NCBI GenBank assembly: GCA_020053015.1 | Contig: JAGVNY010000167.1 | Span: 1 to 26,886 of the forward strand | Source: Candidatus Zixiibacteriota bacterium | GTDB lineage: Bacteria; Zixibacteria; MSB-5A5; JAABVY01; JAHJOQ01 | Direction of reading: 5' to 3' | Length of the DNA: 26,886 nucleotides | In this document: in pieces, positions 7,803 through 16,187 of the stretch | Position numbering within the stretch: position 1 is the stretch's first letter | How the letters are laid out: each line of letters opens with the position of its first letter | Made by a program: the position numbers and the translations under genes | Notes under the pieces: model-generated | Seen by the model: only the letters and a program-made list of their open reading frames with translations | The model's database searches: none | Told to the model about the DNA's origin: nothing

Positions 7803-10340
7803 TCATGGAAGCACCATCAGCTTTCCCCATTGTTTGTCACCGGACGCGAGTTCTATCATAAAGATGTAAACACCGGCTGCTACGAGGTCGCCGTTGTCGT
7901 TACGAAGATCCCATCTGTCTTCGTCATCCTGATCCGATGTCTCTCTTGGCTCGCGAACAACGTTGTCAGCAACAGTCTTCACGAGATTCATTGCGAAGTC
8001 GTACACCTTAATGGTTACATAGTCCGTGGTTGGCAGGTAGTAGTGAAACCTCACAAAGCCGAGCCCATGAGAGCTCGACGCGGGAACTGGTGAAGCGTAG
8101 GGCTCACCGCCTTCTTTGGAAGCGACATTGCGAAACTCGCGGAATATCGATGATGTGTCGCTATCGAGCGGTCTCACTGCGATTCCGTCACTCGATCCAA
8201 CCCAGAGAGAATCGCCAATGACCCTCACGGCGTAGAACTCTGCGTCGTCCGACACGAACCTGCGCTCCGACTCAGTGAAAGATAGACGCGCGAACCCGGA
8301 TTCACCGTCAGGGCGTTCGTAAACCCCGCCACTCGCAGCTACATAAGCATCGCCACCATCGAATGCGAAGTTCCATGCGATCACGTCCGGAAGGGTAACA
8401 ATCCAGTCAGCGCCAGAGTTTTCGCTCACGGTGACTCCGTTCTCCCCTTCCTCCGTCTTCTGAGTGGCTGCCCAGACAGTCTTTCGGCCATTATCGTACT
8501 GCAGCCCGAGCGCTGTTACAAAGTTGCCGGTGAGCCCGTCGGTCGTATCGAATACGGTATGTCTATCGAATTTCAGCGGGTCCGTATTGACTGGCTCGCT
8601 CAACCATATTGCCACATTCTTAGTCCGGATAGCGAGCTGTTGACTGGCCATCCAGAGAATGTCTCCCGCGGACTCCATACGTCTGAAGATAGAATCGATT
8701 GCAAATGAGACGCTGCCGTCGATGAACTGGAAAGTCTCGCCATCGTCAGAGTACAATATCCCGTTTTCCGTGGTTATGAACAGGGTGTTCTTCCAAACAC
8801 CAATGTCGTATGCTGTCTCCTCCTGCAGCGGAAGAGTCCAGGTAGTGCCATAGTCGGTCGACTTAAGCACCCTCGAGATACCCTTGGCGGTTTCAACTGG
8901 ATGCGTGGCAGCCCACACGGTCTTCACGCTGTCACTGTCAAGCCAGACAAAGACAGCCTCCACATGGCCGCCTGTGGAGTCCGTATCTGCGAATGGTATA
9001 TAACGCTTGCTTACCGGTGTGCCGGCTGCGTCGTCGAATGAAAACAAGACTATTCCCGAATCGGTTCCTGCCCACAACGCAAGGCTGTCACCGTCCAGAC
9101 GGTCGATATACAGTGAATAGAATCTGTTATAAGGTTTTACAGAGGACGTGTCGTCGGTCAGCCGCATGTTCAACCATGTGTCACCATAATCGATCGTCCG
9201 AATCAGTCCACCATAGGAACAGGCAGCGAATACGACCTGATCAGCAATAGCGATCTCGTTGATGAAATGCCCTCCGCCCACCGCCTGAGCAGGTGATGAC
9301 GATATCCAGCTCTGGCCTCCGTCATTGGAAATGCTGAAACCTTGCGCCTGATCGTCCGAGGCATCCCATCCTCCAGCGACAACCATTCCGGGCACGGCAT
9401 CAACTGCCGTGAAGAAGTCAGCGTTCACGCCGCGCTTCTTGTTCCAGGACTGAAAACGATAGCTGACCCCGCCGTCAATGGTGATCCCGCGTGACAATCC
9501 ACCGTCGACCGCGAACCAGACGGCCGTGCTGTCATAGGCCAAGTCGTATGTCCGCATACCGGCAAGCTTAATGGACGGATCAATGTACATGTAGCGATGA
9601 ATACCCGCTGCACTCCCGGCCCAAACCTGCAACGTGTCGGTCGAGAACGTATCGGCAACTACGGAGTAATACAGATTGGTCCTTCGCTCAAACGTCAGGT
9701 TGATCAGATCGATGCTGTCAAGCGAATCAGCGAATATGTTCGCCCAGGTTCTGCCCGAGTCGAAACTTCTGATTAGTCCACCTGCAAAACATGCTGCGAA
9801 CGCTATCGAATCCACGACCGCGACATCGTAAGCGAGCATGCTTGCGAAGTTCGCTTGAACCGGCTTCGATGTGTCGAAAGACGCGCCGAAATCAATTGTG
9901 GTATTAAATCCGTCACCGTATGGGATTAGCTGACCGTCGACGACAACATTGTGAGCTGTTGCTGCCAACAGCCTGCCGTCGCCAAAGGCGAAGGCGGAGA
10001 CATCGTTCGCGTTCAGGCCGTTCCGGCTATCGTACGTTATCCACGTTGTGCCGCGATCTGACGTGGCCGAGAGTCCTCGAGACGTTGCCAGCCAGATGTA
10101 GCCGCCACCCTCGATAATATCGATCGCCGAGTTATCCCGCAGTCCAACGATGGGTTCGCCGACTCGGTAATGCATCATCGCGTTAGAAGCGGAACTTAGA
10201 GGCAGCAGGACGGCGATTGTTACGATTAGAGTCTTAGCAATGTACTGCGTCGCAGATGTCAAAGATGATCTTAGGATACGGATATGCAGTGTTGAGAGTT
10301 CAGATAGGCGCAAAGCTTTCAGATCCTTGCTCAAGTACAT
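7803..10340 (-). CDS. Secreted BNR/Asp-box repeat (beta-propeller-type) protein with a T9SS-type C-terminal sorting domain (FlgD-Ig-like / Por secretion tail).
   Basis: At least six Asp-box repeats of the S-x-D-x-G-x-T-W type: SDRGTTWI, SFDSGRTWA, SNDGGQSWI, IDYGDTWL, STDYGTTWT, SENSGADWI. The C-terminal ~80 aa (VRFHYYLPTTDYVTIKVYDFAMNLVKTV...WDLRNDNGDLVAAGVYIFMIELASGDKQWGKLMVLP) matches the T9SS type-A sorting-domain pattern. The true start is uncertain. The signal-peptide-like segment KTLIVTIAVLLPLSSASNA lies 35 residues into the listed ORF. A TTG at 10262 (the L27 codon) or the ATG at 10178 are alternative starts. Confidence 0.7.
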   Translation of the reverse strand: MYLSKDLKALRLSELSTLHIRILRSSLTSATQYIAKTLIVTIAVLLPLSSASNAMMHYRVGEPIVGLRDNSAIDIIEGGGYIWLATSRGLSATSDRGTTWITYDSRNGLNANDVSAFAFGDGRLLAATAHNVVVDGQLIPYGDGFNTTIDFGASFDTSKPVQANFASMLAYDVAVVDSIAFAACFAGGLIRSFDSGRTWANIFADSLDSIDLINLTFERRTNLYYSVVADTFSTDTLQVWAGSAAGIHRYMYIDPSIKLAGMRTYDLAYDSTAVWFAVDGGLSRGITIDGGVSYRFQSWNKKRGVNADFFTAVDAVPGMVVAGGWDASDDQAQGFSISNDGGQSWISSSPAQAVGGGHFINEIAIADQVVFAACSYGGLIRTIDYGDTWLNMRLTDDTSSVKPYNRFYSLYIDRLDGDSLALWAGTDSGIVLFSFDDAAGTPVSKRYIPFADTDSTGGHVEAVFVWLDSDSVKTVWAATHPVETAKGISRVLKSTDYGTTWTLPLQEETAYDIGVWKNTLFITTENGILYSDDGETFQFIDGSVSFAIDSIFRRMESAGDILWMASQQLAIRTKNVAIWLSEPVNTDPLKFDRHTVFDTTDGLTGNFVTALGLQYDNGRKTVWAATQKTEEGENGVTVSENSGADWIVTLPDVIAWNFAFDGGDAYVAASGGVYERPDGESGFARLSFTESERRFVSDDAEFYAVRVIGDSLWVGSSDGIAVRPLDSDTSSIFREFRNVASKEGGEPYASPVPASSSHGLGFVRFHYYLPTTDYVTIKVYDFAMNLVKTVADNVVREPRETSDQDDEDRWDLRNDNGDLVAAGVYIFMIELASGDKQWGKLMVLP

Positions 10341-10410
10341 TCGTCAATCGGAATCAAATCAGCCTATATTCCCTCCGACGCGGCTCAATATACCGGCTCG
10401 ACGTTGCGAG

Positions 10411-11346
10411 TCAAGCGAATTCAACTTCATCTCCGATCAGCTCCCTGAGCTGTCCGAATCTGAGGCTCCTATCTGATACTCGTACCCGCTCAAACCCGTA
10501 ATGTTCCGCGAATGCTATGATCAACAGCCCTCCGGCTGTTATAACATCAGCGCGTCGCGGATCGAATGGTAGCGCGCGAACTTTGTCCTTACGGCTTTTG
10601 CACGCGAGGTCGCAGACAAGTTGCCTGATCTCTTCGGTTCGCAGAGTGGAACCATGAACGGCGCTGGAGTCATAGACCGTCAGCTTCTTCTTGAAACCTG
10701 CCAGAGTCGTAGGCGTCCCACCGGAACAGATGAGTGATGCATCGATGGAAGCACAAGGCAGATTGAGCGCTTGTATCCGATGTCTGATCGACTCGAGCGC
10801 AGCCGTCAGCCCGTCCGGCGTCAGCTTTCGGTCGAGCCTGAGTTCTTCCGTGAGCTTCACTGCTCCAATCTTGAAGCTCCGTGCAGTGATTATCTTCACG
10901 TCCTTCCCTACCACAACCTCGGATGATCCGCCACCGACATCCACCACGAGTCTGTCTCGACGTAGCTTGCTTATCCCGGTGATAGCCCCGAGGTATGAGA
11001 GCGCCCCCTCTTTGCGACCGGATATGACTTTGATCACGATGCCGGTAGCGGCCTTGACGCGTTCGACAATCTCCTTCGAGTTTTCGGCCTCGCGCATCGC
11101 TGATGTCCCATAGCAGGAGATCGCTGTTACGCGGTGATCATTGCACAGCCGCCCGAAATCCAGCAATGCTGTCACAAGCTTGGACGCTGAGTCAGAGCTT
11201 ATCTTCCCCGTTGAGGATATGCCCGATGAGAGGCGGGGCGTGTGCTGAGCCGTTAGAACTGACGTGAGCCTGCCGTTGGCGCTGGCCCGGGCGATTTGCA
11301 GCAGTACCGTGTTCGATCCGATGTCTATGGCCGCGATGGTGTCCAA
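10411..11346 (-). CDS. Ppx/GppA-family phosphatase (exopolyphosphatase / guanosine pentaphosphate phosphohydrolase). Short form with only the two actin-like N-terminal domains.
   Basis: Canonical N-terminal AAIDIGSNTV motif, EVISGRKEGALSYLG and VVDVGGGSSEVVVG (the DxGGGST phosphate-2 motif). At 311 aa it lacks the C-terminal HD-like domain. Its start overlaps the upstream gene by 22 nt. Confidence 0.85.
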   Translation of the reverse strand: MDTIAAIDIGSNTVLLQIARASANGRLTSVLTAQHTPRLSSGISSTGKISSDSASKLVTALLDFGRLCNDHRVTAISCYGTSAMREAENSKEIVERVKAATGIVIKVISGRKEGALSYLGAITGISKLRRDRLVVDVGGGSSEVVVGKDVKIITARSFKIGAVKLTEELRLDRKLTPDGLTAALESIRHRIQALNLPCASIDASLICSGGTPTTLAGFKKKLTVYDSSAVHGSTLRTEEIRQLVCDLACKSRKDKVRALPFDPRRADVITAGGLLIIAFAEHYGFERVRVSDRSLRFGQLRELIGDEVEFA

Positions 11347-12737
11347 GATACTAAGGAAGCTTTTTCTATGGCAGCGCCGGTGACCTGTTCCCTCAGAAAG
11401 TAGCCGTCTTCACCGAACGGGAGCCAAATCAATTCGCCTTCACTGACCGATGGAGCGTACTGACCGACCTGCGGATCCGAGTCGAGGCCTTTTGTGACCG
11501 CCATCGCCCAGAGAATTGGGGCGATCAACTCGGAAGCCTGCTCCTGCGAAAGCGCAACATCAGCCAAAGTATACTGATCGAGGGCAGTCGAGTCAAACTC
11601 CAACTTCTTGGATTGAGCGGAGTAGTGTGATACGAGTCTGATCAATCTCGTTGGATTTGAAATGCCGAATGCGGGTACGAAGATAACCCGGTCACTGCAG
11701 CGCAAAAGATTCAACAGTGTTTGGAACTTTGCGCCAGCCTCAAGTTCAAAGACCCAGAACGGCATCAGGGTCTCGCCTCTGGCGCCGGATCGCAGCAGTT
11801 TGATCGGTAATTGATCGTACCCCGCAGCTGTCTCGCGATAGACGCGGTGGCAATTTGCGCATACGTAAGTGACAGAACGTTCGCGCATCGGCAGGTCTGT
11901 GCCACATTGCGGGCAACGGTGAGGGAACACCGATACCGAATCTGCACCCAAAGCAGCCGTGCGAGTGAGCATGCTGAAGTCCTCATCCGTGTCCTTGATC
12001 GCAACTGTGCGTCGTGAGAGCGGGTCGAACGTGACCGTGTGCGGACCGCTTCGGTCGACGAATCTGCCAACCCACAGTGGGAAGCAGATCATTGTTGTCG
12101 AAACGGAAGCCACGGGCACTTCTTCCTTCAACAGCTTTCCGCTCGCGCGTGCAAGCGAAGCTACCGAGATGCGGAATCTGTCTATCGCCTCCGGCCTGAT
12201 TACTGTCGGCGGGATGATCGTGTGTTTTTCGAAGTGCCTCCGGCTGAGCGGAGTTAGTCGTACATTTTGCGACCTCACTCCGAGCGACTCCAGTCCCCAG
12301 TCGCGTGAATCGTCAGCGCAGAAAGAAACGTCTTTCGGGACTATGGCCACTTCAGGAAGCGGACTCGATTCAGGCATCGGCGGCGGCTCGTAGACAGGAC
12401 CATCCCCTTCGCTCTCATATCGTGGTTCGACTTCCTTTGCCCTGACACAGAAGCTCAGCCCCCTCACCCTCCAGTAAGGCACATGGAGACGGCGTAGATC
12501 GATCCACCGCGATACGAGCTGCATTTCCGCCGCCTTGAGGTGGCGCTCGATCAAAAAGCGGACCTCGCGGTCAGAGAGCGAATTCTCAATCAGATAGATC
12601 GGGCTTGACTCCCCTCGTGCAATCTTCAGCGCGGCTCCGCAATGATGGCACTTCGTACACCGACTTGCTTCATCAACCTCTATCGCCGCGCCGCAGAAAC
12701 AGCAGGTAAGTCCGAGTCTGAATGATCCGTGCGTCAT
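11325..12737 (-). CDS. Hypothetical protein with two zinc ribbons and an apparent internal duplication. Unknown family, possibly a functional analogue of B. subtilis YdjG.
   Basis: CCFCGAAIEVDEASRCTKCHHCGAAL near the N-terminus and CPQCGTDLPMRERSVTYVCANCHRVY mid-protein. Each ribbon is followed about 30 residues later by a P[YF]W motif (LHVPYWRVRGLSF / TLMPFWVFELEAG). The listed ORF start at 12812 is rejected in favour of the ATG at 12737, which overlaps the upstream stop as ATGA. Confidence 0.5.
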   Translation of the reverse strand: MTHGSFRLGLTCCFCGAAIEVDEASRCTKCHHCGAALKIARGESSPIYLIENSLSDREVRFLIERHLKAAEMQLVSRWIDLRRLHVPYWRVRGLSFCVRAKEVEPRYESEGDGPVYEPPPMPESSPLPEVAIVPKDVSFCADDSRDWGLESLGVRSQNVRLTPLSRRHFEKHTIIPPTVIRPEAIDRFRISVASLARASGKLLKEEVPVASVSTTMICFPLWVGRFVDRSGPHTVTFDPLSRRTVAIKDTDEDFSMLTRTAALGADSVSVFPHRCPQCGTDLPMRERSVTYVCANCHRVYRETAAGYDQLPIKLLRSGARGETLMPFWVFELEAGAKFQTLLNLLRCSDRVIFVPAFGISNPTRLIRLVSHYSAQSKKLEFDSTALDQYTLADVALSQEQASELIAPILWAMAVTKGLDSDPQVGQYAPSVSEGELIWLPFGEDGYFLREQVTGAAIEKASLVSWTPSRP

Positions 12738-13858
12738 CCGTTGCCGGTCTTTTTGCCGCACTTGTAACAGAACTTCGTTCCGGTCGGCAAGACTTGTCCG
12801 CAACCGGTGCATACTAACTTATCTGCAAGCTTCTGCCCACATTTCCAGCAGAAGACAGCGTCCGGGGGCAGCTCTGCAGAGCACTCTCCGCAGCGATTCA
12901 CAGCGACGATCTGATGTCCGCACTTGTAACAGAATCGAGACTCTTCAGGCGTGTCAGCGCCACACTCCGAGCAAGTTACGGTCGGAAGGCTCTCTTTCTT
13001 GAAATCCGTTTGCTCGGGAGAGAGAGCTTTCGACATCATGACCGGAGCCATCAGACCAACCCCGGCGCCCATGCCGAAGCCTGCGCCTGCACTCGCGTAC
13101 CCTCCGGGTCCTGAGGATCCGAAGGCTTTCGCCATCTCGAACTTCAGAAACTGGTCGAGATTTCCGACCGCTTTCATCCCAGACTTCTCATCGATCATCT
13201 TTTGCACTTCATCCGGAGGAGTGATCGCGCTGATGAAGAAGTCGACGAGTTCCATTCCATACTTGTTGAACTCGTCTGACAGATCCTGCTTCAGCTCTGA
13301 TGCCATTTCGGTGTACTGCTGAGGCAGATCGAAAATAGTCTTGAGATTCTCGCCGAAGTAGTCGTTGAATCTCGCCACGATCACATCCCGGATGTAATCC
13401 TCTATATCATGCGTGGTGTAGAGCGCCTGATATCCGACCATTCGATTCAGAAACACCAGTGGTTCCTTGATTCGACAGGTGTAGGCTCCGTGTGCTCTAA
13501 GGCGAATGAGGCCGAGCTCGCTGTCGCGGAACGCGACTGGATCACGGGTGCCCCATTTCAGACTCGTGAACACTTTGTGATTAACGAAATAGACCTCTGC
13601 TCTGAAGGGGGACTTGAAACCCCAGGGGATGGACAGGAGCTTCGTAAGAATGGGGACATTCAATGTGGACAGCGTGTGTCTGCCCGGACCGATCGCATCG
13701 CACGCCTTTCCGCTCGAGAAAAAGACGGCGGATTGGCTTTCTCTGACAATCAACTGCGCGCCAAGCTTGATATCAAGTGATCCCTCTTCAGGCACTCTAT
13801 GTATCATATCTTCTGAATTGAGATCAACCCACTCGATAATTTCCATTAGCAGACTCAT
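12734..13858 (-). CDS. SPFH/Band-7 family protein of the YdjI-like subgroup (PF13421-type) with a C-terminal triple zinc-ribbon extension.
   Basis: N-terminal IEWVDLNSEDMIHRVPEEG...QLIVRESQSAVFFSSGK...GPGRHTL...AEVYFVNHKVFTSLKWGTRDP matches the YdjI-type SPFH pattern (EW..D.I.....LIVRE.Q.AVF..G....PG...L.....EV.FVN...KWGT). A Gly-rich linker is followed by three CxxC-N10-15-CxxC zinc ribbons (CSECG..FCYKCG, CGECS..FCWKCG, CTGCG..FCYKCG). A GGAGG SD sits 5-6 nt upstream of the ATG. Confidence 0.7.
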   Translation of the reverse strand: MSLLMEIIEWVDLNSEDMIHRVPEEGSLDIKLGAQLIVRESQSAVFFSSGKACDAIGPGRHTLSTLNVPILTKLLSIPWGFKSPFRAEVYFVNHKVFTSLKWGTRDPVAFRDSELGLIRLRAHGAYTCRIKEPLVFLNRMVGYQALYTTHDIEDYIRDVIVARFNDYFGENLKTIFDLPQQYTEMASELKQDLSDEFNKYGMELVDFFISAITPPDEVQKMIDEKSGMKAVGNLDQFLKFEMAKAFGSSGPGGYASAGAGFGMGAGVGLMAPVMMSKALSPEQTDFKKESLPTVTCSECGADTPEESRFCYKCGHQIVAVNRCGECSAELPPDAVFCWKCGQKLADKLVCTGCGQVLPTGTKFCYKCGKKTGNG

Positions 13859-14013
13859 CGTCCCTCCTCACTTTAGGCATCACTTCCATAACTGTATCGG
13901 CAGTTGGCCAGGCCAATGAAGGTCAGCGGAGTTCGGATTGGTACAGGTACAATGAGCGAGGGCCTTATCAGATGAAAGGCGTTTAGCAAGATAGGTGGGT
14001 GAATCGCAGTGGA

Positions 14014-15012
14014 TTACTGCTTCAGTTCCGACTTGAATCGTTCTATCATCGCCGGAACAATTTCGAACAAATCGCCGACAATACCGATGGTAGAGACCTT
14101 AAAGATCGGCGCATCCTTGTCTCGATTGACGGCGACAATCGTGCCCGATGCCTGCATCCCCACTAAGTGCTGAATAGCTCCAGAGATACCGCACGCTATA
14201 TAAAGTTTTGGATTAACTGTCTTGCCGGTCTGACCGACCTGATGCGAGTATTCGATCCAACCCGCATCTACAACCGCACGAGAGGCACCTACTGCCCCGT
14301 TCACGACATCTGCGAGTTCCTTGAGCAACTGGAAGTTCTCAGGAGCCTTCAACCCCCTGCCCCCAGCTACGATTACGTCGGCTTCCGTAAGACTGATCGA
14401 ACCAGCCACACCACCAGCGCTGCCAGTGATTTTCATCCTGCTCGAAAACAGCTCCGCAGGCACACTCGGTTTCTCGACACTTCCCGATTTAGAATCATCT
14501 CGGGGCGCCTCAGCGACGACTTTGGGACGGACGGTCACCAGTTGCGGTCTCTTCGACGGGAAGACAACGGACAACCAGACGCTGCCGCCGAAGGCTGGTT
14601 TAGTGGCGATCAGTGAGCCGTCATCTCTGAGCGCAAGCCCATTGCAGTCGGCTGCAAGACCGCACTTCAGTCTCGCCGCAAGCCTCGCAAACAGAGCTTT
14701 GCCGTAGAATGTGGCGGAGCCGAGCACTGTTTCAGGATTCTCTGTCTGAATCAGGTGAGCCAGAACCGCTGCATAGGAGTCATCTATGAAATTGACGAAG
14801 TCAGCATGATCGACGTAGATCACACTGTCTGCGCCGTGCTTGAAGAGCTCGGCAGCTTTGCTTTCCATCCCTGCCCCAAACACGATTGCTGTCAGCTTCG
14901 TCGATCTTCCGTCCGCCAGCTGCCTTCCCGCCGCGAGCAATTCAAGCGTCACATTTGAAATCTTGCTGTTCTTCTGTTGAGCGAATATCCAGATTCCCTT
15001 GTAGTCCGACAT
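14014..15012 (-). CDS. etfA: Electron transfer flavoprotein alpha subunit (EtfA/FixB family).
   Basis: VAGGRG, GASRAVVDAGW, QVGQTGKTVNPKLYIACGISGAIQHLVGM, VAVNRDKDAPIF, GIVGDLFEIVP are classic EtfA FAD-binding signatures. The likely start is the ATG at 15012, preceded by AAGGAG at a 5-nt spacing. The listed GTG at 15018 would overlap the larC stop. No etfB is adjacent. Confidence 0.9.
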   Translation of the reverse strand: MSDYKGIWIFAQQKNSKISNVTLELLAAGRQLADGRSTKLTAIVFGAGMESKAAELFKHGADSVIYVDHADFVNFIDDSYAAVLAHLIQTENPETVLGSATFYGKALFARLAARLKCGLAADCNGLALRDDGSLIATKPAFGGSVWLSVVFPSKRPQLVTVRPKVVAEAPRDDSKSGSVEKPSVPAELFSSRMKITGSAGGVAGSISLTEADVIVAGGRGLKAPENFQLLKELADVVNGAVGASRAVVDAGWIEYSHQVGQTGKTVNPKLYIACGISGAIQHLVGMQASGTIVAVNRDKDAPIFKVSTIGIVGDLFEIVPAMIERFKSELKQ

Positions 15013-15014
15013 CC

Positions 15015-16187
15015 TCACTCCTTCTCTCTGTCTGACAGCTCTCCGATTATCGTCTCATAGGCCTGAAGATATGGAATGCCGCGTGCATCGGCAATCTTTT
15101 TGACCGACTCGTATTCAGGTGTTGATCTCTCGTGCCCGTCCCGGTCAATCACTTTCACTGTGCACTCGCCCAATGATGTCTCCACCGTTTCCTGTCTGCG
15201 AGGGAGCTTGGATCGATGAACATGTTGGGAGCGAATGCCTGACGTCGATGTCTGCGCGAAGAGGAATCGTTCTACCTCTAACTGCATCTGGGGTTCGCAC
15301 AACACAGTCAGAAGTTGCCCGGGGCGGTTCTTCTTCATCTGAATGGGCGTTATGAAGACCTCGAGCGCGCCCTGTTCATACAGCTTGTCGAAGACGTATG
15401 AATAGACCTGGGGATTGAGATCGTCGATGTTCGTGCTGATCTCGACGACAGAATCGTTGTGAGCAGAGTTGTTCTCCTCGATCACGAAAACGCGCGTCAG
15501 ATTCGGGTGATTCTCGATTGATCTTGTTCCTGCTCCGTAGCCGATCGACCGGACCGTACCATCCATGGGACCGAGGAGCGGTTCCGCAAGTGTCGATATG
15601 ATCGCTGCGCCTGTCGGTGTCGACAGCTCCGCATCGATCTGATATAGGGTTACCGGAAAGCCTTTGAGCAAGTAAGCCGTGGCTGGCGCAGGAACCGGGA
15701 ATGCGCCGTGGTCGCATGTGACGATTCCCGCTCCGACCGCCACACTCCGCGACAGAACTCTCTCGATGCCGAGCAGGTCGACGCAGATGCACGCCCCCAC
15801 GACATCGACTATTGCATCGACCGCACCCACTTCGTGAAAGTGCACGTTTTCAGGAGTTGTGGCGTGAACCCGTGCTTCCGCCTCCGCCAGTCGCGTAAAT
15901 ATGCTCTTGGCATTCGACTTGACCGCATCCCCAAGGGAGCTCTTGTCGACAATCTCTGTGATGTGGCGAAGATGCCGATGCGACGATGAAGCTACGGTCT
16001 CTACTGTCACTTTGGTGGCTGCGATATGGCTTCTGGTGACGGACTCCGCGGAGATTGTGTACCCGTCAAGATTCAACTTGCGGAGTTCGCTTTGCAGCGC
16101 CCTGAAATCGACTCCGGCATGAACAAACGCGCCGAGTATCATGTCCCCTGCGCAACCGTAAGACGGATCAAAAACCAGAGTCTTCAT
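15015..16187 (-). CDS. larC: Nickel-pincer nucleotide cofactor biosynthesis protein LarC (nickel insertase, DUF111 family).
   Basis: N-terminus MKTLVFDPSYGCAGDMILGAFVHAGVD matches the LarC/DUF111 start pattern (FD...G.AGDM.LGAL.D.G). 390 aa. Confidence 0.8.
   Translation of the reverse strand: MKTLVFDPSYGCAGDMILGAFVHAGVDFRALQSELRKLNLDGYTISAESVTRSHIAATKVTVETVASSSHRHLRHITEIVDKSSLGDAVKSNAKSIFTRLAEAEARVHATTPENVHFHEVGAVDAIVDVVGACICVDLLGIERVLSRSVAVGAGIVTCDHGAFPVPAPATAYLLKGFPVTLYQIDAELSTPTGAAIISTLAEPLLGPMDGTVRSIGYGAGTRSIENHPNLTRVFVIEENNSAHNDSVVEISTNIDDLNPQVYSYVFDKLYEQGALEVFITPIQMKKNRPGQLLTVLCEPQMQLEVERFLFAQTSTSGIRSQHVHRSKLPRRQETVETSLGECTVKVIDRDGHERSTPEYESVKKIADARGIPYLQAYETIIGELSDREKE

Noticed and set aside
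7645-7830. 62-codon N-terminal extension of the second FadL-like OMP ORF
   Set aside because: The extension is non-hydrophobic and would bury the signal peptide more than 60 residues into the protein. An internal ATG at 7644 with an upstream purine-rich SD-like stretch begins exactly at the signal peptide.
12738-12812. 25-codon N-terminal extension of the zinc-ribbon ORF (listed start at 12812)
   Set aside because: It would overlap the last 26 codons of the upstream SPFH gene. An in-frame ATG at 12737 forms a canonical ATGA stop-start overlap and precedes the first zinc ribbon.
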